NCBI GenBank assembly: GCA_036261885.1
Contig: DATAJY010000017.1
Coordinates: 226,581 to 290,580, forward strand
DNA: 64,000 nt
Origin: Thermoanaerobaculia bacterium
GTDB lineage: Bacteria > Acidobacteriota > Thermoanaerobaculia > Gp7-AA8
Reading direction: 5' to 3'
This document shows positions 41,301 to 53,336 of this stretch, one piece after another; positions within the stretch are counted from its first letter, which is position 1, and the number at the start of each line of letters is the position of its first letter. Both the position numbers and the translations under genes were made by a program. A model generated the notes under the pieces. That model saw nothing but the letters and a program-made list of their open reading frames with translations. It did not search any database and was not told where the DNA came from.

Positions 41301-41515
41301 CGCTCATTCAGGAGCTCCGCGCCCGCGAATCCCGAGGCCACCTGCAAACCCCCATCGCCTCGATCGTCCCCAGCCTCATCCACATGTTCGTCAACCGCGC
41401 CACCCGCTCCGCCGGCCCCGAACACGAGCTCGTCCTCTACGACTACCTCGTGCAGCTCTACCGCTCACAAGTGGCCAGGGAAAAGAAAGGAAGGGAGGTG
41501 GGAGTTGCGGTGTGA
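38354..41515 (+). CDS. lanB: Lantibiotic dehydratase LanB (glutamylation and elimination domains)
   Basis: LRTPLLP, RYFLRMATRPTPFGLF, GRF, FLPRV, DNEL, EWLFAKLY, WFFIRF.DP..HLRVR, YEREIERYGG, HMFVNR; TTG start overlaps the lanC stop. Confidence 0.93.
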   Translation: MSLEREYAASELIVLRTPLLPFDAVEAWSSGNPDRAQLRERLVQIVTRPDVREALFVASPDLVASIDNWLHDPLSKKGQRTELGLVRYFLRMATRPTPFGLFSGCTAGSSGGTTRLALASRDDYRRHTRLDMDYLFALCESLTRSHDLRAEIRFRPNASLYETAGRLRYAEARVNGRHRTYHLVAVDTFDALQLALDRAANGATLDELALALVESDAEGEITYDDAAGFVHDLVDNQLLLPELSLPVTGEESTHGLVRQLAATRSMRGAAALLARTDSALDALDARGVGCETNAYLDIARELEPLGVPVELSRLFQLDLFKPAVDVGLSDAVIQEILRGVEWMHRPVAQRRFDPILEEFRRSFRDRYGEGNDVPLLAVLDEETGIGFDRSGMAGADASPLLAGLPFSGKATPSISWMPSDATLIRLLSDAVAGGRMEIELTDDDWKYLENRERPPMPDAFHAVVTLAAPSIDAIERGDYRILLHSTTGPSGARMFGRFCHADERIRAGVKAHLAAEEALAPEAIFAELVHLPAGRMGNILARPVLREWEISFLGKSGAPEERQLAVSDLVVTVIGDRIRLRSLTHDREVIPRLTTAHNTTFESLGVYRFLAAMQNALGIEWNWGPLEAAPFLPRVSCGRVVFSRARWRMRERDIKPLAAVSGDARFALAREWRARHRMPRFVVLVDGDNELLLDFENPLNVDAVMELFKTREEAVLHEVFPAPDELCATGAEGRFVHELIVPFVRKTAVPAKPFVTKSVPLPPRPRIFAPGSEWLFAKLYVGSGSADLVLRDEVAPLAHDALASGAARAWFFIRFGDPAWHLRVRFRGERDALRDAVLPKLEALFERLQASGTAWKFQLDTYEREIERYGGPAGIELCEELFFFDSEAVVSLLETFTSDAGAEVRWRTILLGMDRLLEDFGYDLPAKIELAERARDGFARNYRYDPLRTRIADRLRSDRAALLRLLAEPPPPALRRRSESNAPLIQELRARESRGHLQTPIASIVPSLIHMFVNRATRSAGPEHELVLYDYLVQLYRSQVAREKKGREVGVAV

Positions 41516-41533
41516 AGGGGGTGGGGTTGTGAT

Positions 41534-41610
41534 TGGTCGGGCAGGGGGGATTTGAACCCCCGACCACCTGAACCCCATTCAGGTACGCTACCAGGCTGCG
41601 CTACTGCCCG
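41534..41610 (-). tRNA. tRNA-Pro(GGG)
   Basis: CGGGCAGTAGCGCAGCCTGGTAGCG..CCTGA AT GGG GT TCAGG..GGTTCAAATCC..CCA. Confidence 0.95.
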
Positions 41611-41675
41611 ACTCGAGGCCGCGCGGGATCGTACCACGCGCGGGGTTGCTAACGGTTTGAGGCGGTCCGTATTCC

Positions 41676-43541
41676 TCAGCCGAGGTTGGGGGCCCAGAGG
41701 ATGAGGTACTTGGTCACTTCGATGTTGCGGCTCGTCGGCGTGATGGAGATCTCTTCGATCGAGCGCGCTTTCGACTGCAGGTCTTCGCGCAGCGACTGCA
41801 GCTCGCGGTCCCAGGCGCGCTGGATCTGGGCGATGTTTTCGAGGTAGTCCACTTCGCGCACGGAGGTGCCGGGATCGGACGCCACCGAGGCGGGACGGCC
41901 GCTCGTGATGTTGTAGAGCGCCTGGCCCCAGGCGACGTTCACCTCGGGGGCATCGGAGCGGGAGTGCTCCTGGTTCTTGTCGATCTCGCGCTGTTCGCGC
42001 TCCGACTTTTCGCGGAGCTGATCGATGCGGCGGCGGAACGTCGACTCCAGCCGCTCCTGCTGCTCTTCGACGCGGCGGTTCGCCTCTTCGAGACAGCGCT
42101 CGATGAACGCCTCGCGCGTTTCCGCCGGTTCGGAGTAGAGACCGAATGCCGCGTTGTGGAAGATCTGCAGGCGCTCGTTCTGCTCGAGGTACTGCTTGAA
42201 TCCTTCCTGCGACTGCGCCGCGTTCTGCATCAGAGCTTCGGGCGTGATGTCGATCTGCATGCGCCGATCGGGATCCGGCACCGCGCGCAGCTCGAGCTTC
42301 TCCGCATCGACGAGCGACGCCTGATGCCACAGCACGCGTCCGTCGGCCGCCGACATCGGAGCGATGTACGAGCGCGTCGTCGAATGATGCGTGCCGCTGC
42401 GGCCTTCGGTGTGCGTGACGATCCCTTCGGCGAGCACGAACGGACGGTAATTGCCGGTTCCACCCGAAACATAGAGCTGCTCGAGGACATCATCGCCGCG
42501 GCGTGCACGCGGCACGCGGACGATCGGCGTCGCGTGCGCTTCACCGTCGTGTTCGACGGTCATCCCGTGTGCGACCGGCACGGCGTCGAGCACCCGTCCC
42601 GGCACGGTCGACAGCGCGCGTGTGATCGCCTCGCGCCGATCGGGCGGGAAGAGGAAGACGATGCAACCGCCGCCGCCTGCGCCGCAGACTTTGCCGGCCC
42701 ATGCGCCGGCGCCCTTCGCCGCGTCGATGGCCGCGTCGATCTCGGGAGTCGAAATGCCGTCGATGAGCGCCTTGCGCGCGTCCCACTCTTTGCCGAGTGC
42801 CGCGCCCGCCGCTTCGAAGTTTCCGGAGTCGAGCGCGCGCTCCATTTCGATCGAGATCTCGGCGATCGAGGCGAGTCCGCGATCGACCTTCTTCTTCTTC
42901 TCGACCTGGCGCTTGTAGAGCTCCCAGTTGTTCGTGCCGGAGAAATGCGCGACGCCGGTGTAATGCAGCAGCATGTGCGACGCGAGGTCGTGCACGGAAA
43001 TCTGCAGCGGATGACGGGCCGGCTTTCCGGGATGGAGATGCAGCGAGCTAAGGCCGCCGAAGACCGGCGGGTAGTAATCCTGAATGCCGGCGGGGACGCC
43101 GAGGAGACGGGTTTCGAGATCGCGCACGAGGTGGATCAGCTCTTCGCCTTCGATCGGATTCTTCGCCAGCTCCGAGAGCGCGCGCACGAGCGTGATCGCC
43201 AGAGCGGACGAACCGCCGAGGCCCGAGCCGCGCGGTGCGTCGGTACGGGTGGTGATGCGGATGCCGGTCAGTTTGAAGTGCTCGAGCGCGCGATGCAGCA
43301 GCGCGGCCTTCGGATCGTTCGACATCTCCTGCAGCGACTCGTAGCGCTGCCGGTATTGCTGATCGGTGAGATGGATCTCGATGCCACCGGTGCCGGTCTC
43401 GCAGACTTCCGATTCAGCGAAGAACGAGATCGCGACGTTGACCGTGCGCGAGCCGGGGTGGAAGAGATACAGCGGCCAGAGGTCGAGAGTACCACCAGCG
43501 AGATCGGCGCGGACCGGCGCCCGGACGGTGACCTTGTTCAT
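41676..43541 (-). CDS. GHMP sugar kinase (HddA-like) fused to a C-terminal coiled-coil domain
   Basis: APVRADLAGGTLD, PRGSGLGGSS, GIQDY, GKVCGAGGGG, plus about 290 extra residues. Confidence 0.8.
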   Translation of the reverse strand: MNKVTVRAPVRADLAGGTLDLWPLYLFHPGSRTVNVAISFFAESEVCETGTGGIEIHLTDQQYRQRYESLQEMSNDPKAALLHRALEHFKLTGIRITTRTDAPRGSGLGGSSALAITLVRALSELAKNPIEGEELIHLVRDLETRLLGVPAGIQDYYPPVFGGLSSLHLHPGKPARHPLQISVHDLASHMLLHYTGVAHFSGTNNWELYKRQVEKKKKVDRGLASIAEISIEMERALDSGNFEAAGAALGKEWDARKALIDGISTPEIDAAIDAAKGAGAWAGKVCGAGGGGCIVFLFPPDRREAITRALSTVPGRVLDAVPVAHGMTVEHDGEAHATPIVRVPRARRGDDVLEQLYVSGGTGNYRPFVLAEGIVTHTEGRSGTHHSTTRSYIAPMSAADGRVLWHQASLVDAEKLELRAVPDPDRRMQIDITPEALMQNAAQSQEGFKQYLEQNERLQIFHNAAFGLYSEPAETREAFIERCLEEANRRVEEQQERLESTFRRRIDQLREKSEREQREIDKNQEHSRSDAPEVNVAWGQALYNITSGRPASVASDPGTSVREVDYLENIAQIQRAWDRELQSLREDLQSKARSIEEISITPTSRNIEVTKYLILWAPNLG

Positions 43542-43560
43542 ATGGGTAGCGCGGATTCTG

Positions 43561-44895
43561 CTAGAAGAGTGCCCGCTGTTGCATCTTTTGCTTTTGTGAC
43601 GCGACGCCCGTGGCGGGGGTCGCGAGACGGGGCGAAAGATGCGCGACGCTCGCACGGAAACGCGCCAGAGACGCGCCGCGCAGCGGATCGGGAGTGATGG
43701 ATTTCAGTTTCAACGGATCGAGCCACTTCCCGTTTTCCGACACTCGGTAATCGAGGTGCGGACCGGTGGCGAGGCCGGTCGAGCCGACGTAGCCGATGAT
43801 CTCGCCCTGCTGCACGCGCGTTCCCTTCTTCAGGTTTTTGGCGAAGCGCGAGAGGTGCAGGTAGCAGGTGTCGTAGCGCGACGAGTGGCGAACGCGGATG
43901 AAGTTTCCTTCGCTCGGGCTGAAGCGTGCTTCGATCACCGTGCCGTCGGCGGTCGACATCACCGGCGTTCCGGTCGGCGCGCCGTAATCGACGCCGTAAT
44001 GCGGGCGGAAGTACTTCAGCACGGGGTGGAAACGCTTGCGCGTGAACCCGGAGGTGACGCGCGAGAACTTCAGTGGCGCTTTGAGGAACTGCTTGCGCAG
44101 CGGAGAGCCGGAAGCGCCGTAGTAGCCGGCGGTGCCGTCGGCGTTTTCGTGGCGGAACGCCTCGTAGGTCGTACCGCGATGCGTGAAGCGTGCGGCGAGG
44201 ATCGGACCGTAGCCGGCGAAGTCGCTGCCGGAGAACTGCTTGGCGACGACGAGGCTGAACGCGTCGCCTTTGCGCAATTCAAAGAAGTCGATGTCCCACT
44301 GGAAGACGTCGACGATCTCCTGCACGAGCGCGGGGTTCTCGCCGATGTTGCGAACGGCTTCGTAGAGTGAGGAATCGATCGTCGCGGAGACGACCTGCTG
44401 CGCGGTGTGGATCTCGGCCTGCTTCGACGTCACGTCGAAGCCGCCGGCGGTGCGCACCGCGTTCACCTCGCCCCAGCCGGTGACTTTCATCTGCACGGCG
44501 TCGATCGTGCCGGCGTTGTCGTGATGGAAGCGAATGAGGTTGCCGGGACGGAGCTTGCGAACGTCGATCGTCTTCGAGAGCTGCGTGGTGAGAACATTCG
44601 CGTCGCCGCGGGAAAGACCGCCCGCCTGCAGGACTTTATCGAGCGTGTCGTTCTTCTCGACGGAAAGCACCAGCGAGTGTTCGGGAAGCTCGGCGCGATA
44701 CGGTTCGGCGAGTGCGTCGTAGCGGAGCTCGGGAGGGGTGATGGAGGCGGCCTGCGAGGTGGTGCCGAACTCCGGTTGCACGCGAACGGCGGCAACGAAG
44801 AGTGGAATCGCGACCGGCAGAGCCAGGGCCGCGTACACTCGCGAGCGCCTGGCCACCCAGCCCAGTCGCTCACCAAGAGCGCGAAGTGTCTTCAT
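43561..44895 (-). CDS. M23 peptidoglycan DD-endopeptidase (MepM-like)
   Basis: RFHPV..HYGVDYGAP.GTPV, YLHLS, TGPHLDY. Confidence 0.9.
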   Translation of the reverse strand: MKTLRALGERLGWVARRSRVYAALALPVAIPLFVAAVRVQPEFGTTSQAASITPPELRYDALAEPYRAELPEHSLVLSVEKNDTLDKVLQAGGLSRGDANVLTTQLSKTIDVRKLRPGNLIRFHHDNAGTIDAVQMKVTGWGEVNAVRTAGGFDVTSKQAEIHTAQQVVSATIDSSLYEAVRNIGENPALVQEIVDVFQWDIDFFELRKGDAFSLVVAKQFSGSDFAGYGPILAARFTHRGTTYEAFRHENADGTAGYYGASGSPLRKQFLKAPLKFSRVTSGFTRKRFHPVLKYFRPHYGVDYGAPTGTPVMSTADGTVIEARFSPSEGNFIRVRHSSRYDTCYLHLSRFAKNLKKGTRVQQGEIIGYVGSTGLATGPHLDYRVSENGKWLDPLKLKSITPDPLRGASLARFRASVAHLSPRLATPATGVASQKQKMQQRALF

Positions 44896-44982
44896 TCAGT
44901 AAGAGTTAGGGGAACCGGTACTGCGCTTCCGCGGCGGAGTGTAGCACGGGGTGGAACGGCGGACGGAGCGCCCGCCACTCCA

Positions 44983-45795
44983 CTAGTTGGAGGCTGGCTC
45001 CATGGTCACCTGCGTCACTGCCTTTTCCTCGGGCTGATCGGCGCGGCGATAGGACGCCGGCACGTTGAACAGGCCTGCGTTCGGTGCGATCTCGCGCACC
45101 TTCGTCACCCACATCTCGCGCACGATCGTGCGCTGCGTCGGCACTTTCAGTTCCGTGCGGCGCTTCGGCGCATCGAAGACCGTCTTGGTCGTCACGGTCT
45201 GGCGCATCACGAAGCCGGGGATCTTTCCGCTCTCGGCATCGAGGAGGGAATCGACTGCCGCGTTGCCGGTGCGGGCCGTCGTCGTGCCAAACGTGTCGAC
45301 GCCGACGAACTGCTGCGTCGTCCAGCGATCGATGTCCGTCGAGACGCGCTGGCGCAGGGCGATGCCGCGGATGGTGAGCGTGATGTCGTACGTCATCGAG
45401 AGGCGGTAGTGATCGGTCTGCACGCCGGCGATGTCGAGACGATCGTCGAACCGCTTCACGTCGGATTTGAGATTCGCGATCTTGATGTCGGAGGAGGCGA
45501 GGGCGGTGGCGGCGTGCGTGGTGTTGAACTCCGTGTACCACTGCCGCGCGGGATCGACGAAGAAGAGGCGCTGGGAGCCGTCGGTGGAGACGACATAGGT
45601 GCCCGGCGGGTAGAGATTGCCGCCGATGAAATCGACGCGCGTGCGGGTGCCGTCGAGGATCGCGCGGGCCGTGAGATCGGTGACGGGGGTGACTGGATCA
45701 TCCGAGGTGTTCTTCTGGACGAACTCGTATTCGATGGCGGCGAACGCCGGGAGGGCGATCAACGCGAGCGCAACCGTAACCATCAGTCTTTTCAT
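44983..45795 (-). CDS. Secreted hypothetical protein (DUF4412-like)
   Basis: Signal peptide; beta-rich; ends LFNVPASYR. Confidence 0.6.
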   Translation of the reverse strand: MKRLMVTVALALIALPAFAAIEYEFVQKNTSDDPVTPVTDLTARAILDGTRTRVDFIGGNLYPPGTYVVSTDGSQRLFFVDPARQWYTEFNTTHAATALASSDIKIANLKSDVKRFDDRLDIAGVQTDHYRLSMTYDITLTIRGIALRQRVSTDIDRWTTQQFVGVDTFGTTTARTGNAAVDSLLDAESGKIPGFVMRQTVTTKTVFDAPKRRTELKVPTQRTIVREMWVTKVREIAPNAGLFNVPASYRRADQPEEKAVTQVTMEPASN

Positions 45796-45801
45796 AAATA
45801 A

Positions 45802-48086
<2,285 letters not shown>

Positions 48087-48110
48087 AGCGGTAGTGGTCC
48101 GGAGGAAATC

Positions 48111-49676
48111 TTGAATAGAAACATCCTGTGGAAAGTCGTGTTGATCCTGGCGGTGCTGGTGGTGTTCACGGTCGCCATCATCCCGACGGCGGACAACCCT
48201 CAGCCCATCCGTCGCGGTCTCGACCTCAAGGGCGGCATTCACCTGGTCATGCGCGTCAACGTGAATGAGGCGACGCGTCTCGAAGTCGACCAGGCGATGA
48301 ATTCGCTCAAGAGTCAGTCGCAGCAGCAGAACATCCCGGTTCCGACCACGCGCCGCATCAGCGATACGGCGTTCATGGCCGCGTTGCCGGCCGGCACGTC
48401 GACCGCACCGTACGAGAAGATCGCCGCCGATTTCCTGCCGTCGTTCGAGCTGACGAAAGTCGGCAGCGAGCTGCGCATGACGCTCAAGCCGCAGGCCGCG
48501 CGCGACCTGCAGCGCGACACCGTCGAGCAGGCCAAGGAAGCGATCGACCGCCGCGTGAACGCCCTCGGCGTCACCGAGCCGCTCATCGTTCCGGAAGGGG
48601 AAGACCGCATCGTCATCCAGCTCCCCGGCGTCGACGATCCGGCCCGCGTCAAAGACATCATCAAGACCACGGCGCAGCTGCAGTTCCGCCTCGTGGAAGG
48701 CAGCCCGGCACCGACGCCGCAGGCGGCCTACGAAGCGGTTCCGGCGAACCTGCGCAGCGACGTCGACATCCTCCCGGGCAACCGTGAGGACGAGCTCGGC
48801 CGCACCGTCGGCACCGAGTACTACGCCGTCCGGAAGGAAGTCCCGGTCAGCGGGCGCGATCTGAAGAACGCGCGCGTGCAGAAGGGACGCGTGAACGAGC
48901 CGGTCATCGGTTTCTCGCTCACGCCGGAAGGCGCGCCGAAGTTCGGCAACCTGACCCGTAACAACATCAACCGCCGCCTGGCGATCGTCCTCGACAACAA
49001 GGTGGTCTCCGCTCCGAACATCAACAGCGAGATCAACGATCAGGGCGTGATCGAAGGCAGCTTCACGCAGCAGCAGGCGAGCGATCTCGCGCTGGTCCTC
49101 CGCAGCGGTTCGCTCCCGGCTTCGCTGACGACGCTCGAAGAGCGTACGGTCGGACCGTCGCTCGGCCGCGATTCGATTCGCCAGGGTGTCACGGCCTCGG
49201 TCATCGGCTTCATCGTGCTGGTGCTGGCCATCCTGCTCTACTACAAGGGCGCCGGCGTCAACGCGGTTCTCGCGCTGCTGCTCAACCTCATCATCCTGCT
49301 CGGCATGATGGCCTACTTCAAGGCCACACTGACGCTGCCCGGCATCGCCGGCATCATCCTCACCCTCGGCATGGCCGTCGACTCGAACGTGCTCGTGTTC
49401 GAGCGCATCCGTGAGGAGCTGAAGGAAGGGAAGACCGTTCGCGCCTCCATCGAGCAAGGCTTCTCGCGCGCGTTCGCCACGATCATCGACACCCACCTGA
49501 CGACGATCATCTCGGCCCTCTTCCTCTTCCAGTTCGGCACCGGTCCGATCAAGGGCTTCGCGGTCACGCTGCTCATCGGTCTCGGCGCCTCGGTGTTCAC
49601 CGCGTTCTTCGTATCGCGAATGATCTTCGACATCGTCTACAAGCCGACCGAGCGTCCGCGCGAGCTCAGCATCTAA
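48111..49676 (+). CDS. secD: Protein translocase SecD
   Basis: GLDLKGG, LRSGSLP, VGPSLG, GMAVDSNVLVFERIRE. Confidence 0.96.
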   Translation: MNRNILWKVVLILAVLVVFTVAIIPTADNPQPIRRGLDLKGGIHLVMRVNVNEATRLEVDQAMNSLKSQSQQQNIPVPTTRRISDTAFMAALPAGTSTAPYEKIAADFLPSFELTKVGSELRMTLKPQAARDLQRDTVEQAKEAIDRRVNALGVTEPLIVPEGEDRIVIQLPGVDDPARVKDIIKTTAQLQFRLVEGSPAPTPQAAYEAVPANLRSDVDILPGNREDELGRTVGTEYYAVRKEVPVSGRDLKNARVQKGRVNEPVIGFSLTPEGAPKFGNLTRNNINRRLAIVLDNKVVSAPNINSEINDQGVIEGSFTQQQASDLALVLRSGSLPASLTTLEERTVGPSLGRDSIRQGVTASVIGFIVLVLAILLYYKGAGVNAVLALLLNLIILLGMMAYFKATLTLPGIAGIILTLGMAVDSNVLVFERIREELKEGKTVRASIEQGFSRAFATIIDTHLTTIISALFLFQFGTGPIKGFAVTLLIGLGASVFTAFFVSRMIFDIVYKPTERPRELSI

Positions 49677-49694
49677 GCGGCGAGGAAATCACCC

Positions 49695-50879
49695 ATGCGA
49701 ATTTTCGATAATCCGAATTACGACTTCGTCAAATACCGCTGGCACGCGGTGATCATCTCGACGTTGATCATCCTGGCCGGTGTGGGCGTCTTCCTGACGC
49801 GCGGCATCAACCTCGGCGTCGACTTCGCCGGCGGCGCGAACATCATTCTCAAGTTCGGCGCCGAGCCGCCGATCAGCGACCTCCGCAACGACCTGCCGGC
49901 CGCCACGATCCAGCAGTACGGCAAGCCGGCCGATCACTCCGTGCTCATCCGCCTGCCGCAGCAGAAGGGCGAAGGCGACTACGCCGGCACGATCGTGGAG
50001 AACCTCGCCACGAAGATGAATCCGGAATCGGCCGCCAAGCACGACCTCAACTATCGCGGCACCGATCGTCTCGCGGCGCTCCTGCAGCAGAACGATCCGG
50101 ACAATCGCGGCACCAGCCCCGCCGCGCTCCAGTATTACGAAGATCTGGCGCGCAAGATCATCGCCAAGCGCTCCGAGCTCGGCATCTTCTCGAGCATGTC
50201 CCAGGCTACGGGCGTGCAGGGCGTGACGACCAACGTCGCCAAGCTGCTCAACGAGAAAACCTTCCTCGGCAAGTTCAACGTCCTCAATCAGGAGACGGTC
50301 GGTCCGCAGGTCGGCGGCCAGCTCCAGCAGAAGGCGTTCTGGGCCATCGTGCTCTCGTCGCTGGCGATGGGCATCTACATCTGGCTGCGCTTCGACTTCA
50401 TCTTCGGCGTCGCGGCCATGCTCTGCATCATCCATGACGTTTTCATCGCCATGGCCTTCCTGCTGTTCATGAACCTCGAGTTCTCCCTGAACGTCGTGGC
50501 CGCGCTGCTCACGATCGTCGGTTACTCGATCAACGACACGGTCGTCACCTACGACCGCGTGCGCGAGAACAAGAAGAGAATCAAGCGTCCGATGTCGCTG
50601 GCCGAGAACCTCAACCTCGGCATGAACCAGACCCTCTCCCGCACGATCCTCACCAGCGGCTCGGTGTTCCTCGTGCTGGTGGCGATGCTCGTCTTCGGCG
50701 GTGAAGTCATCCGCGGCTTCTCGTGGATTCTCACCATCGGCGTCATCAGCGGTACCTACTCGACGCTGCTCATCGTTCCGGCCGTGGCCGTGGCGTGGGA
50801 CAAGTGGTCCGACAAGCGCCGTCCCGATCCGGCAGCAGCCGCGGTCGTCGATGCGCCGCGTGCGCGCCGCGCCAGCTGA
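49695..50879 (+). CDS. secF: Protein translocase SecF
   Basis: GVDFAGG, VGPQVG, GYSINDTVVTYDRVRE. Confidence 0.96.
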   Translation: MRIFDNPNYDFVKYRWHAVIISTLIILAGVGVFLTRGINLGVDFAGGANIILKFGAEPPISDLRNDLPAATIQQYGKPADHSVLIRLPQQKGEGDYAGTIVENLATKMNPESAAKHDLNYRGTDRLAALLQQNDPDNRGTSPAALQYYEDLARKIIAKRSELGIFSSMSQATGVQGVTTNVAKLLNEKTFLGKFNVLNQETVGPQVGGQLQQKAFWAIVLSSLAMGIYIWLRFDFIFGVAAMLCIIHDVFIAMAFLLFMNLEFSLNVVAALLTIVGYSINDTVVTYDRVRENKKRIKRPMSLAENLNLGMNQTLSRTILTSGSVFLVLVAMLVFGGEVIRGFSWILTIGVISGTYSTLLIVPAVAVAWDKWSDKRRPDPAAAAVVDAPRARRAS

Positions 50880-50902
50880 GCGCACACAATCTGCCTTTCA
50901 CG

Positions 50903-50930
50903 AAAAGCGGGCTTCGGCCCGCTTTTTTCG
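50903..50930 (+). terminator. Intrinsic terminator
   Basis: AAAAGCGGGC-TTCG-GCCCGCTTTTTT. Confidence 0.9.
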
Positions 50931-51017
50931 TTTCGACGTCACGCGCCCCGAGTGACCTGCCGCACGTCTTTTGTTTTCCGGTCCGTGCGATAGACTCCGG
51001 CGCCGCAAGGAGAAGCC

Positions 51018-53285
51018 ATGCCTGAGAACAAGCGCAACGACGCGCTCGACTACCACGCCAACGGACGCCCGGGAAAAATCGAGGTCGTCCCCTCGAAACC
51101 GACGGCGACACAACGCGATCTCTCGCTCGCGTACACCCCCGGCGTGGCGGTGCCGTGTCTCGAGATCGCGGCCGATCCGTCGCTCGCCTACAAATACACG
51201 AGCAAAGGGAATCTGGTTGCCGTCATCAGCAACGGCACGGCCGTACTCGGGCTCGGCGACATCGGCGCGCTGGCCGGCAAACCGGTCATGGAAGGAAAGG
51301 GCGTTCTCTTCAAGAGATTCGCCGACATCGATGTCTTCGACATCGAAGTGAACACGAAAGACACCGAGGAGTTCATTCGCTGCGTGAAGCTCCTCGAGCC
51401 GACGTTCGGCGGCATCAACCTCGAGGACATCGCTGCCCCCGAATGCTTCGAGATCGAAGAGCGGCTCAAGAAGGAGATGAACATCCCGGTCTTCCATGAC
51501 GATCAGCATGGAACGGCGATCATCTCCGCGGCCGCGCTGATCAACGCGCTCGAAGTGGCGGGCAAGAAGATCGGAGACGTGCGCATCGTCATCAGCGGTG
51601 CGGGCGCGGCGGCGATGGCCTGCCTGCGGCTGTACATCAAGCTGGGACTGAGCAAAGAGAACGTGATCCTCGTCGACCGTCACGGCGTGATCTACAAAGG
51701 CCGCAAGGAAGACATGACCCCGTACAAGGAGGAGTTTGCGGCCGAGACCGATCGCCGCACGCTCATGGACGCGTTCCGCGATGCCGACGTCTTCATCGGA
51801 CTCTCCGCCGGCGGAATCGTCTCGCAGGACATGGTGCGCGCGATGGCGCCCGATCCGATCGTCTTCGCGATGGCCAATCCGAATCCGGAGATCGGCTATG
51901 AAGAAGCGACCTCCGCGCGCGCCGACGTGATCATGGCCACCGGGCGCAGCGACTTTCCGAATCAGGTCAACAACGTCCTCGGGTTCCCTTTCATCTTCCG
52001 CGGTGCGCTCGATTGCCGCGCCACCACGATCAACGACGAGATGAAGCTGGCCGCGTCGAAGGCGCTGGCCGATCTGGCGAAGGAAGACGTTCCGGACTCG
52101 GTGCTGCGCGCGTACGGCATGGATCGCATGTCCTTCGGCCGTGAGTATCTGATTCCGAAGCCGTTCGACTATCGCGTGCTCCTGCGCGTTCCGGTCGCGG
52201 TGGCCGAGGCAGCGGCGGAGACTGGCGTTGCCCAGCAGCCGATTCAGGATTACGACGCATACCGCCGCCGTCTGGAGAGCATGCTCGGACGTTCGCGCGG
52301 CCTGATGCACGACATCTTCGGCCAGGCGCGCAAGAGTCCGAAGCGCATCGTCTTCCCGGAAGGCGATCAGGAGAAGATCGTTCGCGCCGCGAAGATCCTC
52401 ATCGACGAGCATCTGGCCCGTCCGATTCTCCTCGGCCGGCAGAACGAGATCGCGCCGCTCCTGCAGAAGTACAACATCGACGAATCGAAGATCACCACCA
52501 TCGACATCTTCAACTGCGACGAAAAATACGAAGAATACGTGCGCAGCTTCCACGAACTGCGCAAGCGCCACGGCATTACCCTGGCCGATGCGCGGCGCAT
52601 TCTCAACAGCCGCAATTACTACGCGATGATGATGCTCGAGAACGGCGACGCCGACGGCGTGATCGCCGGCTTGCGCGCCTACTACCCGGCCACGATTCGT
52701 CCGGCCCTGCAGATCGTGAAGACGCATCCGTCGGTGAAACACGTCTCCGGCGCGTACCTGCTGATGTTCAAGAACAAGATGCTGGTGCTCGCCGATACGA
52801 CGGTGAACATCAATCCCGACAGCGAGACGATCGCGGAGATCGCGGAGCAGACCGCCGAAACGGCAAAGCGGTTTCACATGGAGCCGCGCATCGCCATGGT
52901 CTCGTTTTCGAACTTCGGCTCGACGCAGCACCCCGAGGCCGAGAAGATGCGCGATGCGGTGGAGATCCTGAAGAAACGCCGCCCCGACCTCATCGTCGAA
53001 GGGGAGATGCAGGCCGACACCGCGGTCGAGCCCGACATCGCCCACCAGGATTACGCCTGGAGCGCGATTCAGGGCGACGCGAACGTGCTCGTCTTCCCGA
53101 ATCTCGATGCCGCGAACGCCGCGTACAAGCTGCTCTGGAGACTCGGCGGCGCCGAAGTGATCGGCCCGATTCTGCAGGGCATCGCCAAACCGGTGCACGT
53201 GCTCCAGCGCGGGGTCGACGTGAATGACATCGTGAACATGGCCGCGATCGCGGTGCTCGACGCGCAGAAGTTGAAAGGCGAGTAG
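51018..53285 (+). CDS. maeB: NADP-dependent malic enzyme with PTA domain
   Basis: [30 protein letters not shown]; C-terminal PTA-like domain. Confidence 0.96.
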   Translation: MPENKRNDALDYHANGRPGKIEVVPSKPTATQRDLSLAYTPGVAVPCLEIAADPSLAYKYTSKGNLVAVISNGTAVLGLGDIGALAGKPVMEGKGVLFKRFADIDVFDIEVNTKDTEEFIRCVKLLEPTFGGINLEDIAAPECFEIEERLKKEMNIPVFHDDQHGTAIISAAALINALEVAGKKIGDVRIVISGAGAAAMACLRLYIKLGLSKENVILVDRHGVIYKGRKEDMTPYKEEFAAETDRRTLMDAFRDADVFIGLSAGGIVSQDMVRAMAPDPIVFAMANPNPEIGYEEATSARADVIMATGRSDFPNQVNNVLGFPFIFRGALDCRATTINDEMKLAASKALADLAKEDVPDSVLRAYGMDRMSFGREYLIPKPFDYRVLLRVPVAVAEAAAETGVAQQPIQDYDAYRRRLESMLGRSRGLMHDIFGQARKSPKRIVFPEGDQEKIVRAAKILIDEHLARPILLGRQNEIAPLLQKYNIDESKITTIDIFNCDEKYEEYVRSFHELRKRHGITLADARRILNSRNYYAMMMLENGDADGVIAGLRAYYPATIRPALQIVKTHPSVKHVSGAYLLMFKNKMLVLADTTVNINPDSETIAEIAEQTAETAKRFHMEPRIAMVSFSNFGSTQHPEAEKMRDAVEILKKRRPDLIVEGEMQADTAVEPDIAHQDYAWSAIQGDANVLVFPNLDAANAAYKLLWRLGGAEVIGPILQGIAKPVHVLQRGVDVNDIVNMAAIAVLDAQKLKGE

Positions 53286-53294
53286 GGCGGTTCA

Positions 53295-53326
53295 GAAGGA
53301 TTCCGCGCGGAAGCGCGGGATCCTTC
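53295..53326. terminator. Hairpin between convergent genes
   Basis: GAAGGATTCCGCGC-GGAA-GCGCGGGATCCTTC. Confidence 0.5.
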
Positions 53327-53336
53327 CCGCAAGCGG

